This document shows, in pieces, positions 24,390 to 32,382 of a DNA stretch of 32,382 bases. The stretch's first letter is position 1. The number at the start of each line of letters is the position of its first letter. The stretch lies in assembly GCA_003990765.1 (NCBI GenBank), contig RBNJ01000352.1, positions 1 to 32,382 of the forward strand, in the 5' to 3' direction. The DNA is from Jimgerdemannia flammicorona (taxonomy: Eukaryota). Below the pieces are notes generated by a model. The model was not told the DNA's origin. It ran no database searches and saw nothing but the letters and a program-made list of their open reading frames with translations. The translations under genes and the position numbers were made by a program.

Positions 24390-25640
24390 TATCAAAGACT
24401 ACCTCGGTTGATATTGGTTAGTGCCATCGATCCCTATACATTGTTTATGGTCGGCCACTGAATTGACTCATATCTACACAATGTACAATTATACTATACA
24501 ACAACACCATCATCTGCATAAATAAAGGCAATGCTAGCAGTATTACTAAACACAAATAGGAATTCATCACCATGCTTGATATTATCTGCTAATATTTCAT
24601 CCATTTTGTACTTGTAGACAACACTTAAAGTGTCATTCCTGTCCATATCTCAGATTCATATAGTGATATGGATAGTGTTACTCACTTGTTCTAGGGTGTG
24701 TATATCAATTGTCAGGATGTATGTTTTGTTATTTCTGGTAATAAAGAGTACTTTCATTGGTGTAGTATTGGTCCCTGTCTATCAGTGAACACTGGATGCA
24801 AATCAGTAGTTAACAGTACTACTAATTTACTGCTGTCATGGAGTACAATATGGGTTTTGTCCAGGTTCATGGCAATCTTATGGAACATGGCCATTGATAG
24901 TCTAAACATCTTACTCTTGTTGTGGTTGTCAGCTATGATCATCCTTGCCTGGTCATCAGCACCATACCAAATAAATGCACCCTTTCCGACTTGTACAAGT
25001 GGCAGTCTGTCATGTCTGGTTGTATCAGAACATCCAATTCCAAAATGGGCAATGATGTCATTGTTATGGATGGATGATTTGATAACCCCAAGTGTGTTAA
25101 GATCTACAATATAGAATATTGTCCAACTGATAACAATCACCCATATACTATCACCCAGCATAGCAATGTCACCTGTAATCGGCTCATCACTATCATCAAG
25201 AAGAATCAATGGCTTGGTTACCAAGCTATCAATATTTGGTTTCAAAATGAATATATATCGATTCTGTAGTAGCAAAGAGTTGTGATATCTACCCAGCAAA
25301 ATTACTGAGTTTGGTGTGTCTGATATTGCCATGCTGATTGTATCATATATATTCATATCAGAGTCGAATATAGTAGTAACTGGCAATACAAATTCTTTGC
25401 AAGTAATAGAAGTCTTTAGTATGGGTGATTTTGTTGATATATCTTATATAGACACACAGCCATCTCTACTGCTGAAACAGACAGCTGTCATACAATTGTG
25501 TGTTGTGGTAAAATATCCAATTTATGTCTGGTGTGGGCTGGTTGTATCCTTAACAGGAGGTCCAAAATTATATGGTCTGGTGAATTGCATCTGTGTAGCA
25601 TTGCTGGGGACATTGAGGACTGTAATTTTTGCATTACCAT
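24390..25640 (-). pseudogene. WD40-like/beta-propeller protein, paralog 2
   Basis: TAVCFSSRDGCVSI*DIS; IYDTISMAISDTPNSVILLG and ITGDIAMLGDSIWVIVISWTIFYIVD align to paralog 1. Ends are approximate. Confidence 0.55.
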
Positions 25641-25677
25641 GGTTTCTAGCAAAGTATATAACTAGATAAATAAGACA

Positions 25678-26252
25678 TCAAGACTTGTTGATTTTAACAA
25701 TTTCACAGATCTCACCATTGATATTGCTCTGTAGAAATGTAGAGCTGCTTGAATCTTGACAACTCATGCCAAATCCAATGGTGAGGTTGATTGGAAACTT
25801 GTTGTAAGTAGTGCCATCAAAGTCTAAATGATCTGTTTTAAAGTCAAATTGATGAATCCATCCATGAACTGACCAACTGAAAAACAGGAATATTATTATC
25901 AAATATATTAAAATTCATACTCTAATGGGTTATATCTAGTAATTACCAATTTCTGGTATAGGACATTTGGCTGTAAACCACCATTTGGTAACCACTCTTA
26001 AAATCACACCTCTGTAGAGAAGATAAGATGTTATTACATTATTCAAAGCTAATGTACTACATATATCATCCACCAAACATACTGGATTAATTGTTCTTCT
26101 GTTAGCATAATTTTAAAGTAAAATGCTGTCAGAGGCTCTGGAAGATTTGGTTTTGTGTGTGGGGGTTTCGGTTTTTGAATTTGTTGCATGACACTATCTG
26201 TAATCATATACACTTCACTGATATCAAAGAGGGTTGTTGAAGTGTGTTCCAT
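25678..26252 (-). pseudogene. Unknown decayed gene, possibly spliced
   Basis: Adjacent minus-strand ORFs 26049..26252 and 25678..25902 with a possible GT...TTTCAG intron between them. Confidence 0.25.
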
Positions 26253-26484
26253 GGTAGTTGGTTGGCATTACAAAAATGTGTATTCGACTGGCTATTTATG
26301 CCATGACATATTATAACAATGATGGTCCAAAACACTCACATGATAGCATCAGGGACATCATATGAATTATTTTGCTACAGATTCAACTATGACAATTTAC
26401 ACCAATTCCAACAATATCCAATTCTGCTGAACCCTGGGTAATATTATATGATGTTTTGAGAGATGTTTAATTGTGTATTAGGGA

Positions 26485-26546
26485 TTAGTTGTCAAATTGT
26501 AAAGGCAGGTCTATCTGTTGACAATACCTTTACTATTGACAACTAA
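26485..26546. repeat. Inverted repeat / hairpin
   Basis: TTAGTTGTCAAATTGTAAAGG ... CCTTTACTATTGACAACTAA, ~20-bp arms with one indel and one mismatch. Confidence 0.8.
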
Positions 26547-26558
26547 GTGTGACGTTGT

Positions 26559-26623
26559 CATTGGGGAAAGTGCATTCACATGGACAGAATAATCTCGTCC
26601 ATGTGAATGCACTTTCCCCAATG
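26559..26623. repeat. Long palindrome, copy B
   Basis: CATTGGGGAAAGTGCATTCACAT GGACAGAAT A ATCTCGTCC ATGTGAATGCACTTTCCCCAATG. Confidence 0.97.
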
Positions 26624-26858
26624 CTATATAATTAGCACTTTTGAGTGATGTAATCAATTATATTTGGAATTGGCAATATAGATGTGATATTAAATAGCAT
26701 ATATGATATCATTGCAAGAGCATGTTGTAATTGATATTGTATATAGCCAGCTAAACTATCCTTAATGTGTAAACAGACTGTAACCAATAACTCGGACTTG
26801 AGGTTGCACTAATTGTACAATATAACAATTCCTGCCCCAACTACAGTAATAAACAAAA

Positions 26859-27740
26859 ATGATACACTCCGCTACACAAGAGACAGTCTATGAAACACTA
26901 CTTCCGGGATATACCATGGCAGCTCTACAGTCATTGATTACATGGGTGCAATACTAAGATCTACACCATGAGGATGGTTGTTACATATGCATCATTCTAT
27001 ATGAGAGTGGCAAGGCCGCATTGGAGCTAGATTATTTCGACAGCACCTGTAATTCATTCACAGTATTGGCTGCTGGATACATCCTGCTGTTGAGGTGTAA
27101 TATATGTAAATACACTGAAGCCTATTTAACTGCTGCAGACAACGGTATACTGAAACATGGCTTGCAACTGGAATGTGGTCATTTTATACACACAGATTGT
27201 ATGAAGTCCATCTGGCTCAACAATGGTTGCTATCTCAATTGCAATCAACAGCTTGCACAAGGAGATCCAATGCATGTCACCCTAATTCAACAAAATGAGT
27301 TTCTCAGAATGATACTGGAGCACCAAAATATCGAATTTCCCAACCCCTTCCACCATGATGAATGGTTGCATAAGTTCCGAATGCACCACCTGATGGGAAC
27401 AGATGATGATGCCGCCACTACTGCTGTGGTTGTTGCCTCGTCCACAACAACTATAGTGATGAACAGTAGTGAGCTGCTGCCACCACATATACAGCAACAA
27501 ATATACTCTCCACCATGTGGGTCTATCATTGGTGAGCCACAGGAGTCTGAAGGCAAAGGTAGCAAGCCATCCACACCCATACCTATACCATTATCTGGTG
27601 ACAAGGATGCAGACACAGTGCCACAAATTTTACTGGTGCGATCTGCAATCCAGGGCTGTGCCCGCCCAGAATATGGAGACAAATATGAGCATATTCCACT
27701 CAGCAGGCCAAAAAATATTGATATTATTGATATATTATAA
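26859..27740 (+). pseudogene. RING-H2 finger protein (putative E3 ligase); may continue to ~28300
   Basis: CNIC...LECGHFIHTDC...W...CYLNC. The upstream ATG at 26859 is in frame across one TAA. Pro/Ser-rich tail. Confidence 0.75.
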
Positions 27741-28903
27741 CATGCAATGCATGTGAAAGATGGACTCATTCAGTGAGTTGATCTTACCACAGGTGACTGC
27801 TCTGCAAACTAGGCAATGGTGGCAGCCCAGTTTGAGGCAGCAACAGATGCAACAGCTGCCAAGGCAATTATTGCATACAAATACACCAGCAGACATATTG
27901 ATGAATACACCCAAACCCTCACCTGTTCCAATGATCGGAATGCTGTGATATCTGCAAACAGGTGGTACAGACATAAACTGTTGGCTATGAATTTGTCCAT
28001 AACAACAACCATATCCATATTGCATAGACAGTGTATCAGCTATTCCATGATATCAATGATGAGATATTAGGCAGGCTGTATAGCATCATAATTAGCAGAC
28101 TCAAAGAACTCATACACCACAACAGATTATGTATATATAATCAGATCAAGGCACTAATGATGACAGCCAAATCCCCTGCTGAGCTTGCCTCTGATATGGA
28201 TGTTGACATGGAGCTCGACATGCATTTTGACAGCCTTCCCTTCACAACTATACAGACTATTACAACACTATATATAACTGTTGTAGGCATAGTGGTATAG
28301 GCTGCTATTGTTTGGAAAGATATTGAGTTATTTGTGATATTATCTATTATAATGGCCAAAATCTGTACTTGAAATATTAAGTTGACAAAATAAATAACTA
28401 TTAAAATTTGTTTGTTTAAGACTTCTCTTAAATACCAACCAGATGGCAAGCCCTTCCTATTTATCTTGAGTGTGATCACAAGCTCCTAGATATAACCAAT
28501 AAAGGTATCTATAATATTTTCTCCAAAATATGAACTAGTACATTTGATGATGTCAAGAGTAAGAGATTTAAGTTACCAATTAAGATCAATCTAATAACTA
28601 ATAATGTTCAGAAAATGGAATTTCATTAGGAGATGTCTATATATTGATCATAAATAAAATTCTGCCTGCTGAACTCTGTTTATTGAATATGAGATTAAAT
28701 TGATAAGCATTTTATATAATTCATCTTATAATAGTCATAATATTGTCCTTATTTTTATAGTAAAGATTATCATGCTTCTTCTTATTCGAATTATATAATA
28801 TGTTTATAACTTATACATATTTATAAATAAAACATAGTTATTTGGCTTAAAATGTATTGCAATATAGTTCATATATCATAGATGTAATTCATGAGCAGTT
28901 ACA

Positions 28904-30100
28904 TTAAATATGCTTCAAGTTCAGCGAGCATCCCTCCACAGAACAGCAATTCAACTGTTGCACTTTCAACATATCTATCAGATGTGTATTGTGGCGGTCT
29001 GCAGCCTCAGTGTTCTTGAGACAGCGATAGTGATTTACAAGCCATTTTAACATAGATGCTGTATTTGCATTGTCAGTGTTTATGCTGTTGTTCAGTAAAT
29101 CTGATAGCGACAGTTCCAGTAGCTTGCCAATCTGCTGGATCAATTGTTGGGTATTGTGGTTGGCGAGCACTGTGCAGAGCATATTCATGACTTGCAGTTC
29201 TCTGGTAAAGGTTGCATTGGCTGCCATCTGCAATATCAACACTAGCCAGGTACAGAACTAGAGCACTGGTTGATGGATATTGTCATGTAAATGTAAAGCA
29301 CTGTCCATGACATCGATCGTGCATGGGTCACAGTCCTGGGCAACCTGTAACACAGTCTAGTATATTGTGAGTGTGATGCTGATCTGTATGTGTATGCCAG
29401 ATTCTTCGCGCACTTATGCCAGTACCTATCGCCTGTATTCATCATATTTTGCAAGACAATCTGTGTAATAGTAGAATATACACAGATCTACTAATGTGTT
29501 AGCATATGGCTCTTGTTTGGACAGTTTGTCCTGCATAGACCATATCAAAAGGCACTCTGCATTGTCATTCTTCCTTTGTCATATGTATATTATAGTAAGG
29601 CAGGTTGTGATGCACAGAATCAGTAGATGGTTTATATAGTATGTGTTGCTGTCCAGCAATATCAGGGCATTCTGGAGATGGACTGAGGCATCCACATCAC
29701 AATCAGATTGTTCAGCAAGCATGTAGCTGTAGTTTGCAAACACCTCCGCCTTCGCAAGAGGGGATATAGAGGCATTATTTGTCAGCATCTCAAGATACTA
29801 GAAGATAGCACCGGCCTTGACTACATCTCCATCCAGTCACCAAGTATTAGTCATCATAATTCACACAGCTACAACAAAATGATTGGTACACAGATATGTG
29901 ATCTGCAGAATTGCGACCACATAGTTCCACATTTCTCATGCAAAAGAATATTATCTGTGACTACCAAACAGCTCTGCTTTGTCCTGCAGTACAAAAGCTG
30001 TTATCTGCCCACTCTGCTGTCTGATTATAGTTCTTATTTCAGCATATGTATATAGCTGTGTTGCATTTGCTCAGTTTTGTAAAGGAGTCATTGATACACT
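28904..30100 (-). pseudogene. TPR-like helical repeat protein
   Basis: ORFs starting at 29242 and 29788 share a frame. KAEVFANYSYML...DASVHLQNALIL and NDNAECLLIWSM...YANTLVDLCIFY resemble TPR helix pairs. Start is approximate. Confidence 0.35.
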
Positions 30101-30260
30101 GTTGTAGGAGTTGTGGATTTGACAGTGAATTTGACAGCTACTGTAGGGGTGGCATAATTGAGTTGGAATACATAAACACTCTTCAGATAATATATATATA
30201 TATCAGGATTATATTACATGATACTGGTATTAGATTAATCATATATTTGTGACCATGGTT

Positions 30261-30316
30261 GGGGAAAGTGCATTCATATGGATGAGATAATCCTGTCCAT
30301 GTGAATGCACTTTCTC
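30261..30316. repeat. Long palindrome, copy C
   Basis: GGGGAAAGTGCATTCATAT GGATGAGAT A ATCCTGTCC ATGTGAATGCACTTTCTC, ~110 bp upstream of the polymerase ATG. Confidence 0.95.
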
Positions 30317-30424
30317 TGATGCTCACATCATTATATTTAGTCTCATTATTGTTAAAATGGTTTGCCACATCCTAACGTATATATCTCGAGATGATTAAAC
30401 AATACAAATCATAACTCTATTCAA

Positions 30425-32130
30425 ATGGTGAATAATAAGTGACCACAACAATTTGATGATAGTGAAAACAGACGTATACGACACAACTCCAACCAACTGC
30501 CACAACAAACATCGGAACCACTGCTGCTATCATACCACCTGCATTGGATGTGCCTACAGGCTCCGATCATAAACTGTGAGAGCAATGAACTCATGTTTCA
30601 GCTGATGGATGTTCATATAAAGTTTCGCAATAGCGAGGAGATTGTGATTATAATTGGAACAACTATTGAAAAGTATAGTGTTATATGTTGGGTGCATGGA
30701 TTTAGACTATAGTTTTACATCTACATGCCCAACACTGTCCAACAGGACAATCTACCATTGTTGGTAGTGTGGCTGCAACAGTATGCAAAAGTGTCTGTAT
30801 ACAACTGTAGTATTGTTGATAGCAGAGACATATACAACTACACAGAGTCAGACTTGGAACTATTCATTAGGTTCACCACTACAACAGACGCTGCTAGACA
30901 ATGACTGGTGAATTTTATATAGAATCGAACAGTCTTCAGTCTGCCCAGTTGCACTATTGTGCATGATGACAAATCGTATAAAAGTGATGTGAGTCTGGAT
31001 CTGCGATTCATGGTCAACCACATGATAACTGGGGTCAGATGGGTGCGAATCTCCACTGGAAATTACATGTTGTATATCTTGCGGACATCACACTGTTAGT
31101 ATGAGGTCGAAACGGACATCAATGCAATCCAGAGTGTGCCCTATAACTCCTGTGACGTGGGTTTGTGCATCGTACCCTTGCAGGTACTGAGCTTCGATAT
31201 CGAGTATCACAGTTGCAAGAGCATTTTTCCGGAGCCCAAACATGACCCCATCATACAGATTGGCTGTACTGTGGCTGTGTTGGATGTGGCAGACCCACCC
31301 AAATACATTGTGTTTGTGCTGGGGGAGTGCACCATGCCACTCGATAATTGCAAAGTGTGGGCACACACCTCCGAGAAGGCACTCCTGCTTGACTGGTGCT
31401 GGTTTGTGGTGTATGAGGTCAATCCAGACATGCTGACAGACTACATGATTGCCAAGTTTGACATTCCATATCTGATTAACTGCGTACATGCATTGGGTAT
31501 TGAGTGTACATTCATACAGTTGGGCCAGATTGTTGACAGGGAAACCACAATCAATCAGAAAGTTACAAAGACCAAGGCATATGGTATCAACAACACAAAC
31601 AAAATTGACATCGCAGGCTGTCCACTGTATAATATCTATGACGTGGTCCATCTCGATTACAAGCTCCCTGGTAGAAACAAACTCAATAATGTCTGCAAAC
31701 ATTACCTTAATGGTGAAATAAAGGTAGACCTATACTACAGTATGATCATGCTACTGCACGATGACAGTAACAATGACTGACACAAACTAGCCGAGTACTG
31801 CATACAGGACATGATACTACTATTACTGCTGATGGTGCAATTTGCGAGTATGACTAAGTATATTGAGCTGGCATACATTACAGGCATGCCATTTGCATAT
31901 TTGTTACTACATAGCCAGCAGATCCAGACCATGTCACAATTCTATCGAAAGACACATGAACTGAACTATCTCATTCTTGTATCTGACCCTGTCAAGGGCA
32001 TTATCGCCAATGGGCCACAGTACCAGGGTGCGAAGGTACTCAACGTGACCCCTGGCTACTACTAAGTACCAATCTGCATGCTTGACTACAGCTTGCTATA
32101 CCTGACCATCATGATCAACAATAATCTATA
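30425..32130 (+). pseudogene. polB: Family B DNA polymerase, Pol delta-like, intronless, interrupted after motif A
   Basis: One frame: LMFQLMDV, SVICWVHGFRL*FYI, LRFMVNHMITGVRW, ExoI LSFDIE...FPEPKHDPIIQIG, ExoII DYMIAKFDIPYL, ExoIII LAEYCIQD, ELAYITG...SQQIQTMSQ, YQGAKVL...GYY*VPICMLDYSLLYLTIMINNNL (motif A, from DxxSLYPSIM). Confidence 0.95.
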
Positions 32131-32382
32131 CTCGCAGACCCCGACATGCAAGTCTCTCCACTACAATTCACGTTACACACACTTTTCAACACACTTTCGA
32201 AGCATTTATTGGCGAGAGATACTAAGGCAATATCAACTAGCAAGCAAGCCGACACGCGTACTGGGTCGGGTGGACCTGGGGCCTTCGACTGGCAGACTGT
32301 CGGGAGAGGGTATGGATTGGGGATGGGATCTTTCGGTGGCTCGAGTGGGCAGGGCGGCTCAGGTGGTGGAGGTAGCACTGGT
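32131..32382 (+). mobile_element. Probable younger insertion or rearrangement junction inside polB
   Basis: Polymerase similarity stops after NNL. The sequence becomes GC-rich with many intact CpGs. A Gly-rich frame STSKQADTRTGSGGPGAFDWQTVGRGYGLGMGSFGGSSGQGGSGGGG runs off the window end. Confidence 0.55.

Noticed and set aside
31088..31702. 204-aa minus-strand ORF and other antisense ORFs in the track
   Set aside because: Shadows of recognisable genes on the opposite strand.
445..32130. Alternative genetic code or stop readthrough
   Set aside because: All three stop codons occur, at Arg, Trp and Gln positions, together with missense damage in catalytic motifs (polB SLLYLT, kinase IEMP). This is mutational decay.
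32131..32382. Intein in polB
   Set aside because: No Cys/Ser-initiated intein block A at a canonical site, and composition differs sharply.

Overview
AT-rich, strongly CpG-depleted, gene-dense eukaryotic DNA in which nearly every gene is a pseudogene. Reading frames stay colinear for 0.6-2.7 kb but carry transition-type stops (CGA>TGA, CAG/TGG>TAG). Reading through the stops by eye recovers: Ubl-VIT-VWA protein; WOPR (Gti1/Pac2) + Zn2Cys6 transcription factor; two paralogous WD40-like genes; possible histone-fold gene; GEX1/KAR5/Brambleberry-like nuclear-fusion protein; CK1/VRK-like kinase; GH31 glycosidase; winged-helix protein; PP2C; 16x33-bp repeat protein; EME1-like fragment; BTB; RING-H2; TPR-like protein; and an intronless Pol-delta-like family B DNA polymerase cut by a CpG-rich insertion. 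Three copies of a ~55-65 bp palindrome and a related short motif lie in intergenic regions. Fungal-specific domains and fungal-type introns point to a fungal host. The best interpretation (inference) is a hypermutated endogenous large DNA virus or giant mobile element, but no capsid, packaging ATPase or integrase is visible in this window. All family assignments are by-eye motif recognition, not database searches.
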